A stretch of DNA of 57,324 bases from Clostridia bacterium (GCA_017409765.1 JAFQSA010000003.1:1-57324), one strand, 5' to 3'; positions 10,635 through 19,889 are shown, counted from the first letter of the stretch. Numbers and translations are program-made. Notes: generated by a model not told the origin, from the letters alone.

Positions 10635-10942
10635 GTAATCTTTTAGACGTATCCAAAAACTTTGACGAATTTATTGCCGAAGGTGTAGTGGTAGTGGACT
10701 TTTTTGCAACTTGGTGTGGCCCTTGCAAGATGCTTGCTCCAATTTTGGACAAGGTTGCAGGCGATATGCCACAAGTAAAGTTTGGCAAAGTGGATGTAGA
10801 CCAAGCAATGGATCTTGCAAGACGCTTTGGCATCCGCTCCATTCCTGATGTGCTCATCTTTAAGGATGGCGCCCAAGTCGACCACATGTTGGGCCTTCGC
10901 GACGAAGAGGAAATTGTAGAAACAATCTCACAATATCTCTAA
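10631..10942 (+). CDS. trxA: Thioredoxin
   Basis: VDFFATWCGPCKM active site, SIP cis-Pro loop. Confidence 0.95.
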   Translation: MSNLLDVSKNFDEFIAEGVVVVDFFATWCGPCKMLAPILDKVAGDMPQVKFGKVDVDQAMDLARRFGIRSIPDVLIFKDGAQVDHMLGLRDEEEIVETISQYL

Positions 10943-10950
10943 AATTAACA

Positions 10951-10985
10951 AAAATCCTTTGCAAACCGCAAAGGATTTTTCTTTT
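10951..10985 (+). terminator. Intrinsic terminator after trxA
   Basis: AAAATCCTTTGC-AAACC-GCAAAGGATTTT then T-rich tail. Confidence 0.85.
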
Positions 10986-11003
10986 ACGTATTTTCCAAAA
11001 GTA

Positions 11004-11032
11004 TTGACAAACTTTTAGTAACATAATATAAT
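11004..11032 (+). promoter_or_regulatory. Consensus sigma-A promoter
   Basis: Perfect TTGACA-N17-TATAAT. Confidence 0.85.
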
Positions 11033-11103
11033 TGTTTTGTAATATACTGCGGTAGTGTGTTTATCGTAGTGATGCAATTTGTACACACTCATGGGAGACA
11101 AGG

Positions 11104-12840
11104 ATGAGCGACACAATTTTGGAATTTGCGCAATCGTACCATACCGTCTACAAGAACCTGTTTAACGAAAATGCTACAAAACTTTTCGATAACCTTGTGG
11201 CAAGTTCTGGCGTGGATGTTGTCCAAAACAGACGTAGCGCAAACGAATACCGCACGGCCCAAAAGGCGGTTGATAGTTTGGAAAAAAAGACAACTGGTAT
11301 TAAGGTAGGCAAAGGTTTTGCCATATTTGGTATCATTGTTGCGATAATCGCGGTTATTGTGTGCTGTTCTCTTATCACGGAGAACCACGATGGAGATGTT
11401 TCTACCCTTGTTATTATTGCAATTGTTGCGGCTGTTGTTGCGATTGGCTTAATCTTGCTAATAACCTTGCACATTAACAAGCGACTTAAGCATTTTAACG
11501 AATTACTAGAGAAAAAGCGCGACCACGCCAAAAAACTTTATCAAACTTGTATCGACCAAATTTCCCCATTGTTTGGCTACTTCAAAGTTCAGCACACCTA
11601 CGAACTTTGTCAACAAACCTTGCCGGAAATAACCTTTGACAAAAACTTCTCCATGGGACGCTACTTCCAGTTGCATCGCAACTACGGCTTCCAGGAAAAT
11701 CTTGCCGACAACGAGTCCACTTTGGGTATCTTTTCCGGCGAAATTTTGGGTAATCCTTTTGTAGAAGAGCGCCGTCTAATTCAATCCATGGGCACTCATA
11801 CCTATCACGGCTCACTTACCATCCATTGGACAAGTATTCAACGTGATTCCAAGGGCAACACTCGCACGGTGCATCACACCCAAACGTTGCATGCAAGCGT
11901 AACCAAGCCCAAACCATACTACCATCAAAAAACAACGCTAATCTACGGCAACGATGCCGCGCCCGATCTCAGTTTCTCCCACGAGCCAACACATGCAGAA
12001 CGCTGGACCAAGGGAGAATTGGAGCGCAAAGTTCGTCGTGGCGCACGCAAAATTGAAAAGATGGCGGAAAAATCTCTGCTAAAGGGCGGTACCTTTACAG
12101 AGTTTGGCAACGAGGAGTTCGACGTTATATTCAACGCTACCGAGCGCGACCACGAAGTGCAATTTAGATTGCTGTTTACTCCACTTGCACAAAAGAATTT
12201 GCTGTTTTTGATGAAAAACCCCAAGCCCTATGGCGATGATTTCTACTTTGTAAAGCGCAAAAAACTCAACTACATTTCTAGTGAGCATGGCCAAAACTGG
12301 AATTTTGATCCAAGTGTGGATAGATACCTTTCCTACGACGTAGACCTGTGCAAAAAGCAGTTTTTGGCCTACAATAACGACTTTTTCTGCAACATCTACC
12401 ACGAACTTGCTCCATTGATGTGTATTCCACTTTACCAACAACACAAGGCAGAGGAGTACATCTACGGCCAAGATGCATCATCTTATAGGCGCAACTTTAC
12501 CTCCTTCGAGGCGGAGTGCCTTGCCAACACGTTGAACAAAATGTCCATTGCACCAGACGATTGCCAAACGGAGGTAATACTCAAAACGCAACTTATGCAA
12601 ATGGAAAATGGTGTAGACAAATTGATGCTAACAGCGCACGGTTTTACCACAATCGAACACGTGGACTACATCAGCACCTTTGGTGGCGATGGTCGTTTCC
12701 ACAACGTGCCAGTACGCTGGCTAGAGTACATCCCCGTTCAAAGGAATACATTTATCGAAGTTCGCGAGAGCGAAGAACAACAATCCCAATCAACAAGGAT
12801 TTTCAAGCACGGCTTACTTGCTCAGTTGCTTAACTTATAA
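11104..12840 (+). CDS. Membrane protein, MAG1210-like family (LemA-associated)
   Basis: Two N-terminal TM helices, then soluble domain with SGEILGNPF, YHGSLTIHW, ERDHEVQFRLLFTPLAQ, DDFYFVK; family assignment from recall of the Mycoplasma lemA neighbour. Confidence 0.65.
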   Translation: MSDTILEFAQSYHTVYKNLFNENATKLFDNLVASSGVDVVQNRRSANEYRTAQKAVDSLEKKTTGIKVGKGFAIFGIIVAIIAVIVCCSLITENHDGDVSTLVIIAIVAAVVAIGLILLITLHINKRLKHFNELLEKKRDHAKKLYQTCIDQISPLFGYFKVQHTYELCQQTLPEITFDKNFSMGRYFQLHRNYGFQENLADNESTLGIFSGEILGNPFVEERRLIQSMGTHTYHGSLTIHWTSIQRDSKGNTRTVHHTQTLHASVTKPKPYYHQKTTLIYGNDAAPDLSFSHEPTHAERWTKGELERKVRRGARKIEKMAEKSLLKGGTFTEFGNEEFDVIFNATERDHEVQFRLLFTPLAQKNLLFLMKNPKPYGDDFYFVKRKKLNYISSEHGQNWNFDPSVDRYLSYDVDLCKKQFLAYNNDFFCNIYHELAPLMCIPLYQQHKAEEYIYGQDASSYRRNFTSFEAECLANTLNKMSIAPDDCQTEVILKTQLMQMENGVDKLMLTAHGFTTIEHVDYISTFGGDGRFHNVPVRWLEYIPVQRNTFIEVRESEEQQSQSTRIFKHGLLAQLLNL

Positions 12841-12861
12841 AATCAACAAGGAGAAAAAACT

Positions 12862-13527
12862 ATGGCAAATCAACTTGACGAAATGAACACCCAACCACTT
12901 GATAACGGCAGAGATGTTAACGTTATCGCTAAACAAATTCCTGTAAAAGTAGGCTTTGGTTCCACATTGTTCGAAATTATGCTTTGGGTACTTGGTATCA
13001 TTCCTGGCGTAATCTTCCTCATTCAAAAAATCAAAGCGCAAAACTACTTCCGCGCTTTGGAACAAAAGATCCAACACGCAGCATCTCAAATTGATAACTA
13101 CCTCGAACAACGCGTTATGATTTTGAAGAACTGCGCTGCATTGCTTGACAAGGCAATTCAACTTGATACCGAAGTGTTCACAAAGGTGGCTGCATACCGC
13201 GCTGGTAGTGCTATCACGGACGAAGGTCGTAATGAACTTGCTCAAACTTTGGATCAAATTGGCACAAGTATCAACGTTGCAGTAGAGCAATATCCAGAAC
13301 TCAAAGCTCACCAAGAAATCCAAGATGCAATGCAACAAAACTCCTACCTTCAAAAGGAAATTACAGCCGCTCGCGAAGTGTACAACGACACAGTTCTTGC
13401 TTGGAACACAGCAATTTTCCAATGGCCTGTAAAGATGATTGTTGCAGCACGCGCTGGCTACACAACACGTATTCCTTTTGCAACCACTGCGGAAATCAAA
13501 CAAGAAGCACGCGGTGTATTCTTCTAG
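12862..13527 (+). CDS. lemA: LemA family protein
   Basis: Single TM helix, SQIDNYLEQR, VEQYPELKA, ITAAREVYNDTV...WN...WP. Confidence 0.9.
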   Translation: MANQLDEMNTQPLDNGRDVNVIAKQIPVKVGFGSTLFEIMLWVLGIIPGVIFLIQKIKAQNYFRALEQKIQHAASQIDNYLEQRVMILKNCAALLDKAIQLDTEVFTKVAAYRAGSAITDEGRNELAQTLDQIGTSINVAVEQYPELKAHQEIQDAMQQNSYLQKEITAAREVYNDTVLAWNTAIFQWPVKMIVAARAGYTTRIPFATTAEIKQEARGVFF

Positions 13528-13545
13528 GATTAACAAGCAAATATC

Positions 13546-13579
13546 AAAACTCCAAGGACGTTGTCTTTGGAGTTTTTTT
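13546..13579 (+). terminator. Intrinsic terminator after lemA
   Basis: AAAACTCCAAGGAC-GTT-GTCTTTGGAGTTTT plus T run. Confidence 0.85.
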
Positions 13580-13614
13580 GTTGCAAAATTTTTAGTTTAG
13601 TGCATATAAAACGT

Positions 13615-13668
13615 TTGACTATATGCAATAATAGTAGTAAAATAAATCATAGTAAATTAGTAGGAATT
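13615..13668 (+). promoter_or_regulatory. isc operon promoter with adjacent IscR/Rrf2-type operator
   Basis: TTGACT-N17-TAAAAT (13615-13643) followed by quasi-palindrome AAATCATAGTAAATTAGTAGGAATT (13644-13668). Confidence 0.7.
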
Positions 13669-13675
13669 AAAAACT

Positions 13676-14080
13676 ATGAAAATGTCATCCAAAGCAAGAT
13701 ACGGCTTGTACGTAGCCGTGGAACTTGCCAAACGTTATAGCGATACCGACGTGGTGTCTGTTGCTTTGCTTGCGCAATGCACCGGCATTACGGAAAAGTA
13801 TCTTGAGCAAATCATCGCCATGATGAAAAGGGCAGATATCGTCCTATCTAACCGTGGTGCAAGTGGTGGTTACAAACTTGCAAGGGCCCCACAGGATATC
13901 TCCGTTGGGGAAATTTTGCGTGTTCTCGAAGATAACTTGCAAATTGTCGATTGCATTCACAAGGATTGTGCAAACGGTTGCAACTGCGTATCCCGCAACC
14001 TTTGGACAAAACTAAACGAAAACATCAATTCCTACCTTGATACAATTTCCTTACAACAACTAGTAGAGGACAAACTATGA
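13676..14080 (+). CDS. iscR: Rrf2-family regulator, IscR type
   Basis: SSKARYGL, EKYLEQI, RGASGGYKL, Cys cluster DCIHKDCANGCNC; upstream of iscSU. Confidence 0.85.
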   Translation: MKMSSKARYGLYVAVELAKRYSDTDVVSVALLAQCTGITEKYLEQIIAMMKRADIVLSNRGASGGYKLARAPQDISVGEILRVLEDNLQIVDCIHKDCANGCNCVSRNLWTKLNENINSYLDTISLQQLVEDKL

Positions 14081-15258
14081 GAATCTATTTCGACCATGCA
14101 GCATCAACACCTTGCGACCCCCGTGTTGTCGAGGCAATGATGCCATATTTTACAAACGACTTTGGTAACGGCGATAGTCAACACTCCTTTGGTCGCGATA
14201 CTGCCAAAGCCATTGCCGATGCTCGTGCAACCATCGCAAAACTTATCAATTGCCAACCCAACGAACTGTACTTTACCGCAAGCGGTACCGAGTCGGACAA
14301 CTGGGCTTTGAAGGGTGCGGCATTTGCTCGCAAAAACAGGGGTAATCACATCATTATTTCTGCAATCGAACACCATGCTGTGCTTGTTTCTGCCGAGTGG
14401 CTTGCAAAGCAAGGTTTCAAGGTAACTTTGCTTAAACCTGACGAAACGGGCATTATCAACGTTTCCGAGTTGGAAAAGCACATCGATGACCAAACAATCT
14501 TGGTATCCATCATGCATGCCAACAACGAAGTGGGCACAATCCAACCCATCAAGGAACTTTCAAAGGTTGCTCACGACCACGGCGCACTTTTCCATACCGA
14601 TTGTGTTCAATCAGTTCCATACATGCACATAGATGTTAAAGACATTGGTGCTGACATGATTACTTTCTCTGCACACAAGTTCTACGGACCAAAGGGCGTT
14701 GGTGCTTTGTACATTCGTAACGGCCTCAAAATTGACAAACTTGTTAGTGGTGGTGGCCAAGAGCGCTCTCAACGTGGTGGCACAAGTAACACACCAGCCA
14801 TTGTTGGTATGGCAAAGGCATTGGAAATTGCCAATGAGCAAATGGAACAAAACAACGCACATATCGCAAAACTTCGCGACCACTTTGTGGACCGTGTACT
14901 TGCGGAAATCCCCTATGTTCGTTTCAACGGTAACCGCGACCATCGCGTGCCAAGTGTTGCTAACTTTTCCTTCGAGTTTGTCGAGGGGGAAGGCATCTTG
15001 ATGCTGATGGATCTTGCAGGTGTTGCCGTTTCCAGCGGATCAGCATGCAGTAGCGGCAGTTTGGATCCATCTCACGTATTGCTTGCAATGGGTGTACCCA
15101 TCGAAGTTTCCCACGGATCTATCAGATTTTCCTTTGGTAAAAACAACACCATGGAAGAAGTAGACTACGCGGTAGACAAACTCAAAGATACAATTGCGCG
15201 CTTGCGTCAAATGTCACCGCTTTTTAACGTAAAAACAGGAGGAACCTACAATGTATAA
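14077..15258 (+). CDS. iscS: Cysteine desulfurase IscS/NifS
   Basis: YFDHAASTP, SAHKFYGPKG, SSGSACSS. Confidence 0.96.
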   Translation: MRIYFDHAASTPCDPRVVEAMMPYFTNDFGNGDSQHSFGRDTAKAIADARATIAKLINCQPNELYFTASGTESDNWALKGAAFARKNRGNHIIISAIEHHAVLVSAEWLAKQGFKVTLLKPDETGIINVSELEKHIDDQTILVSIMHANNEVGTIQPIKELSKVAHDHGALFHTDCVQSVPYMHIDVKDIGADMITFSAHKFYGPKGVGALYIRNGLKIDKLVSGGGQERSQRGGTSNTPAIVGMAKALEIANEQMEQNNAHIAKLRDHFVDRVLAEIPYVRFNGNRDHRVPSVANFSFEFVEGEGILMLMDLAGVAVSSGSACSSGSLDPSHVLLAMGVPIEVSHGSIRFSFGKNNTMEEVDYAVDKLKDTIARLRQMSPLFNVKTGGTYNV

Positions 15259-15619
15259 TTCTAAAGTTATGGAAGCATTTGCTAACCCACAAAACGTTGG
15301 TGTCATCGAAAACCCAAGTGGCGAAGGCACAGTTGGTAATGCAAGTTGCGGCGACATCATGAAAATCACTCTCAAGATTGAAAATGACGTCATTGTCGAT
15401 GCCAAATTCCAAACTTTTGGTTGCGCTGCAGCCATTGCTACAAGTTCCACGGCAACACAAATGATCATTGGTATGACTGTTGACGAAGCATTGCAAGTTA
15501 CCAATGCCAAAGTAGTGGAAGAGTTGGAAGGTTTGCCTCCACAAAAAATGCACTGTTCCGTTTTGGCGGAAGAAGCCATCAAAAAGGCAATTGAAGACTA
15601 CAAATCCAAAAAGCAATAG
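15251..15619 (+). CDS. iscU: Fe-S scaffold IscU/NifU-N
   Basis: GNASCGD, FGCAAAIA, LPPQKMHCSVLAEEA. Confidence 0.95.
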   Translation: MYNSKVMEAFANPQNVGVIENPSGEGTVGNASCGDIMKITLKIENDVIVDAKFQTFGCAAAIATSSTATQMIIGMTVDEALQVTNAKVVEELEGLPPQKMHCSVLAEEAIKKAIEDYKSKKQ

Positions 15620-15691
15620 TTCCACTTTGTAGTTGTATAATTTTTGCAAACCTTTGCAAACTAAAAGTACAACACATTTTGGAGGAAACTA

Positions 15692-15814
15692 ATGCGTAGA
15701 TTTTTGACAGGTCTAGCCCTTGGTGCGGCAGCGGGTTTGGCAGTAGGCCGACTTCCCAAAGTTAAGCAAGCAATGACAAAAGGGCGAAAGAAAATCAAAG
15801 AACTAACTAAATAG
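15692..15814 (+). CDS. Small 40-aa protein (YtxH-like N-terminal TM helix), not in ORF track
   Basis: GGAGG RBS 6 nt before ATG; MRRFLTGLALGAAAGLAVGRLPKVKQAMTKGRKKIKELTK*. Confidence 0.7.
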   Translation: MRRFLTGLALGAAAGLAVGRLPKVKQAMTKGRKKIKELTK

Positions 15815-16058
15815 TCACCAAAGATACTGTGCCCATTGGCGCAGTATTTTTATTTGGTAACAAAAAAACATCAGCCCATCTCAATGGGCAAAAACACAAG
15901 TAGGGCAAATCTTGCTGGTTTGTCTGTGTTTGGACGTTCAAATCTGGGCAAAAGTGCACACTTTTTTGCAAGTACACGCAAAATTGTTTCAAAAAATGAT
16001 GTAATTATTTGCAATCTGTGGTATAATGCCTTTATAATCTATTCAAAGGAACAAAATT

Positions 16059-16475
16059 ATGGGCAGAATTATGGCTTTGGACGTGGGCAATGTCCGCATT
16101 GGAATTGCTGTGTCCGACTTGATGGGAATCATCGCTAATCCATTGGAAACCTACACTCGCAAGGGCAATCTTGCCGTTGACGCCGAGTACATTGCCAATT
16201 TGGCAAAGCAAAAGGAAGTATCTTTGTTTATTTCCGGCTTGCCACTTAGCCTTTCCGGTGGAGAAAACGAGCAAACTCTCAAAACTCGCGAATTTATCGA
16301 AGAACTACAAAAGCACACCGATATTCCAGTAAAGTTTTTGGACGAACGCTTTACAACTTTGTCTGCCGAGCGCGTGCTCATCCAAGGCAACGTTCGACGC
16401 GAAAACCGTAAAAAAGTTATCGACAAGGTTGCTGCAACCATCATTTTGCAAAACTATTTGGACAGCAAAAACTAA
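16059..16475 (+). CDS. ruvX: YqgF/RuvX pre-16S rRNA nuclease
   Basis: MALDVGNVRIGIAVSD, DERFTT, DKVAATIILQNYL. Confidence 0.95.
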   Translation: MGRIMALDVGNVRIGIAVSDLMGIIANPLETYTRKGNLAVDAEYIANLAKQKEVSLFISGLPLSLSGGENEQTLKTREFIEELQKHTDIPVKFLDERFTTLSAERVLIQGNVRRENRKKVIDKVAATIILQNYLDSKN

Positions 16476-16504
16476 AAATAAAAACAATATTTTGGAGGTA
16501 TATT

Positions 16505-16888
16505 ATGGCTGAAGAAAAGAAACAACATCATTGTGACTGTGGTTGCGACCACGATCATCACGATCACGACTGCACATGTGACCACGATGGCGATTGCGAT
16601 TGCGGTTGCGAACACGACGACGTAGTAGTGTTGCAAGACGAAAACGGCAACGACGTTGCTTTCCACTACATCACAACTTTGGAACACGAAGGCAAAGAAT
16701 ACGTTTACCTTCAATCTGCTGACGAAGAGGATGACAACCTTGCAGTTGAAATTTTCGAACTTCAAACAGTAGAAGAAGATGGCGAATTGTTCGACACATT
16801 GCTCCCTATCGACGACGATTTGTACGAAATCATGTACGAAAAACTCATGTTCGAACTTGCTAACGGCTCCGACGACGAAGAAGAGTAA
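16505..16888 (+). CDS. DUF1292 protein with His/Cys-rich N-terminus
   Basis: Acidic VVLQDENG...EGKEYVYL domain; position after ruvX. Confidence 0.8.
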   Translation: MAEEKKQHHCDCGCDHDHHDHDCTCDHDGDCDCGCEHDDVVVLQDENGNDVAFHYITTLEHEGKEYVYLQSADEEDDNLAVEIFELQTVEEDGELFDTLLPIDDDLYEIMYEKLMFELANGSDDEEE

Positions 16889-16899
16889 TCTCAAAAGCT

Positions 16900-16926
16900 A
16901 AAAGACCGCGTTTTGCGGTCTTTTTT
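16900..16926 (+). terminator. Intrinsic terminator
   Basis: AAAAGACCGC-GTTTT-GCGGTCTTTTTT. Confidence 0.85.
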
Positions 16927-17141
16927 GTTGCAATTTGTGCGTTCTAAGCATGTCCAGGCAATGTCCGGCACGTCAAAGATAATTGTTTTAGCGGGATTTA
17001 TACATTAAAACGCAAAACTTTGAGTATCGACAACTATTTAATTTGGATTTGCACCTAATTTTACTATGTAAACGGCGTTGTAAGTCAATTTTATCGAGCA
17101 TTATCTTCATCAATTTGCCGTACGCTATACTGGAGAAGTGT

Positions 17142-17915
17142 ATGAACAGACCGATTGCCTTGTTCGATTCCGGTGTAGGCGGACTAACCGTACTAAAAAG
17201 CGTCATGGAACTTTTGCCTTGCGAAAACTATCTATACTTTGCCGACAATGGCTACTTTCCCTATGGCACAAAATCGTATGCCGATTTGCGCCTGCGCCTT
17301 GCAAAATTGCTCAATTTTATGGAAAATTTCACTCCTAAAGTGGTAGTTATTGCTTGCAACACAGCATCTTTGCACGTGGAATATTTGCAAAATTTAACAA
17401 ATATCCCAATCATTGATGTCGTCACGCCCACTTGCAAACATGTGGAAAGCGTAACGATGAATAAAAAAGTGTGCCTGCTTGCAACAGATGCAACTGTGCA
17501 ATCGCAAAAGTATCAACAAATTCTGCAAAAAGTCGGTGTTGATGTGGTTGCTGTACCTTGCTCGGACTTTGTCCCCATTGCGGAAAGTGGTGTGTGCGAT
17601 ACAACAGCATTGGATATCATTTCTAGCAAACTCCAACCAATTTCCCATATTGATTTTGACACGGTAATCCTTGGTTGCACCCATTTTGGCTTGATTAAAA
17701 AGCAAATTTTCAACGTTTTGGGCGTTCGCAACTATGTTCAATGTGGCAATCCAACAGCAAAGGTGCTGTTTGATGTGTTGCAAAATAGCAATTTGCTTTC
17801 AAACGCAACAAAAGGTGGGCTAAACATTTTTACTACTGGCAAAACTCAAAGTGCAATCAAAGTTTGCAAACAACTTTCGCTACGATTTGAGTGCATTTCA
17901 ACGGTGCAAATTTGA
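17142..17915 (+). CDS. murI: Glutamate racemase
   Basis: FDSGVGGLTV, PYGTK, IACNTAS, ILGCTHF; start at ATG 17142 after GGAG. Confidence 0.95.
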   Translation: MNRPIALFDSGVGGLTVLKSVMELLPCENYLYFADNGYFPYGTKSYADLRLRLAKLLNFMENFTPKVVVIACNTASLHVEYLQNLTNIPIIDVVTPTCKHVESVTMNKKVCLLATDATVQSQKYQQILQKVGVDVVAVPCSDFVPIAESGVCDTTALDIISSKLQPISHIDFDTVILGCTHFGLIKKQIFNVLGVRNYVQCGNPTAKVLFDVLQNSNLLSNATKGGLNIFTTGKTQSAIKVCKQLSLRFECISTVQI

Positions 17916-18004
17916 TATAATTGTGTTGTTTTGTTAACAGCACCGTTCAAGCACAAAATAGTGCAAAATTGTGCAAAAAAGTGTCAAAAATGGCCGTTAT
18001 TTTG

Positions 18005-18033
18005 TTGCAAAACAATTTGCATTGTGCTATAAT
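18005..18033 (+). promoter_or_regulatory. Sigma-A promoter of rpsB-tsf
   Basis: TTGCAA-N17-TATAAT with extended TGn. Confidence 0.75.
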
Positions 18034-18047
18034 CTATTAGGTTTAAT

Positions 18048-18125
18048 TCGCATTTGTGACTATTTGTTCGCTGTGCTAGGTTTTGCCACCTAGTAGCGGA
18101 TGGAGTTTGATGTCGCAAAGAGGTT
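18048..18125 (+). promoter_or_regulatory. Structured rpsB 5' leader (putative S2 autoregulatory RNA)
   Basis: Nested stems TTTGTGAC/GTCGCAAA and CGCT-GT-GCTAGG/CCTAGT-AGCG between promoter and rpsB. Confidence 0.6.
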
Positions 18126-18158
18126 AAAAACAATATAAAATATAAGGAGAAAACAAAA

Positions 18159-18890
18159 ATGGCAGTTGTATCAATGAAACAACTTTTGGAAAGTGGTGTA
18201 CACTTTGGTCACCAAACCAGAAGATGGAACCCCAAAATGAAGAAGTATATCTACGCAGAGCGTAACGATATCCACATCATCGACCTTCAACAAACAGTAG
18301 CACAAGCAGAAGTTGCTTACACATTCGTTCGCGACATCGCTGCAAGTGGCAAACCCATCTTGTTTGTTGGAACAAAAAAGCAAGCTCAAGAAGCTATCAA
18401 GGCAGAAGCTGAGCGTTGTGGTATGTACTACATCAACAACCGTTGGCTTGGTGGTACATTGACAAACTACAAAACAATCAAGTCCCGTATCGAAAGACTC
18501 AACAAAATCAACCAAATGGAAAAACTTGGCGAACTTGACCTTCTTCCTAAGAAGGAAGTTGCAAAACTTTTGGAAGAACGCAACAAGTTGGAAGCAAACC
18601 TTGGCGGTATCAAAGATATGAAGGGTATGCCTGGTTGCATCTTCATTGTTGACCCCAAAAAGGAAGCAATCGCTGTTGCCGAAGCACACGCATTGAACAT
18701 CCCAATCGTTGCTATCGTAGACACAAACTGCGATCCAGACCAAGTTGACGTTGTTATCCCTGCAAACGACGACGCTATCGGCGCAATCAAAGTTATTGCA
18801 TCCGTAATTGCTGGCGCTGTTATCGAAGCTAAAGAAGGCATCGTAATGGCTGCTCCAGAATCCAACGATACTACAACAAGTGAGGAATAA
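18159..18890 (+). CDS. rpsB: 30S ribosomal protein S2
   Basis: [34 protein letters not shown]. Confidence 0.99.
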   Translation: MAVVSMKQLLESGVHFGHQTRRWNPKMKKYIYAERNDIHIIDLQQTVAQAEVAYTFVRDIAASGKPILFVGTKKQAQEAIKAEAERCGMYYINNRWLGGTLTNYKTIKSRIERLNKINQMEKLGELDLLPKKEVAKLLEERNKLEANLGGIKDMKGMPGCIFIVDPKKEAIAVAEAHALNIPIVAIVDTNCDPDQVDVVIPANDDAIGAIKVIASVIAGAVIEAKEGIVMAAPESNDTTTSEE

Positions 18891-18894
18891 TATA

Positions 18895-19818
18895 ATGGCT
18901 AATTTTACTAGTGCTGATGTAATGAAACTCCGTGAACAAACAGGCGTAGGCATGATGGACTGCAAAAAGGCTCTCGTTGAAACAAACGGTAACTTTGACG
19001 AAGCAGTTAAGTACCTTCGTGAAAAGGGTATGGCATCCGCTGCTAAAAAGGCAAGCCGTGTTGCTGCAGAAGGTCTTGTAAAGTGCGTTCTTGCAGATGA
19101 CAAAAAGTCCGGCGTTATCGTAGAAATCAACTGCGAAACAGACTTCGTTGCTCGTTCTGACCAATTCATCGCATTGATCGAAAACGTTGCTAAACACCTC
19201 CTCCAATCCAACGCTACAACAGTAGAAGAGGCTATGGAAGAAGCTTACTGCTTCGACACAACAAAAACTTTGACAGTTTTGTTTGGTGAAGCAACCGCTA
19301 CAATCGGCGAAAAGATCTCCTTCCGTAGATTCGAAAGATTTGTTGCATCCGAAGGCGTTGTTGCAAGCTACATCCACATGGGTGGTAAAATCGGTGTTTT
19401 GGCGCAATTCGACACAACAGCATCTGCTGATCAAGTTGCAGAACTTGCTGCAAACGTTTGCATGCAAATTGCTGCAAGCAAACCACAAGTTGTTTCCATC
19501 GCTGACGTAGATCCTGCTCAAGTTGCATCCGAAAGAGAAATCTTGACAGTTCAAGCAAGAAACGAAGGCAAGCCCGAAGCAGTTATCGTAAAGATGGTAG
19601 AAGGCCGTATCCACAAGTACTACAAAGAAGTTTGTCTTCTTGAACAAGAATACGTTCGTGACGGCTCTCTCTCTGTAAAGAAGGTTGTTGCTGAAACAGA
19701 AAAGCAAGTTGGTGCATCCATCACAGTTGCTAAATTTGTTCGTTTCGAAATGGGCGAAGGTATCGAAAAGCGTAAGGATAACTTTGCACAAGAAATCGCA
19801 GAACAACTTAAGAAATAA
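18895..19818 (+). CDS. tsf: Elongation factor Ts
   Basis: LREQTGVGMMDCKKAL, EINCETDFVA. Confidence 0.98.
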   Translation: MANFTSADVMKLREQTGVGMMDCKKALVETNGNFDEAVKYLREKGMASAAKKASRVAAEGLVKCVLADDKKSGVIVEINCETDFVARSDQFIALIENVAKHLLQSNATTVEEAMEEAYCFDTTKTLTVLFGEATATIGEKISFRRFERFVASEGVVASYIHMGGKIGVLAQFDTTASADQVAELAANVCMQIAASKPQVVSIADVDPAQVASEREILTVQARNEGKPEAVIVKMVEGRIHKYYKEVCLLEQEYVRDGSLSVKKVVAETEKQVGASITVAKFVRFEMGEGIEKRKDNFAQEIAEQLKK

Positions 19819-19833
19819 TCCACGATTATTCGA

Positions 19834-19864
19834 AGAGGACAATGGCAAACATTGTCCTCTTTTT
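19834..19864 (+). terminator. Intrinsic terminator after tsf
   Basis: AGAGGACAATG-GCAAA-CATTGTCCTCT-TTTT. Confidence 0.85.
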
Positions 19865-19889
19865 GCAAAATTTTGCTTGTGAGGTAACT

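Noticed and set aside
15807-16138. ORFs 15836..16138 (+) and 15807..15992 (-) upstream of ruvX
   Set aside because: No RBS or family signal; the + ORF runs through the likely ruvX promoter (TGTGGTATAAT at 16017-16027) and overlaps ruvX out of frame
16950-16971. Short direct repeat ATGTCCAGGCA/ATGTCCGGCA
   Set aside because: Two imperfect 10-11 bp copies; compatible with chance
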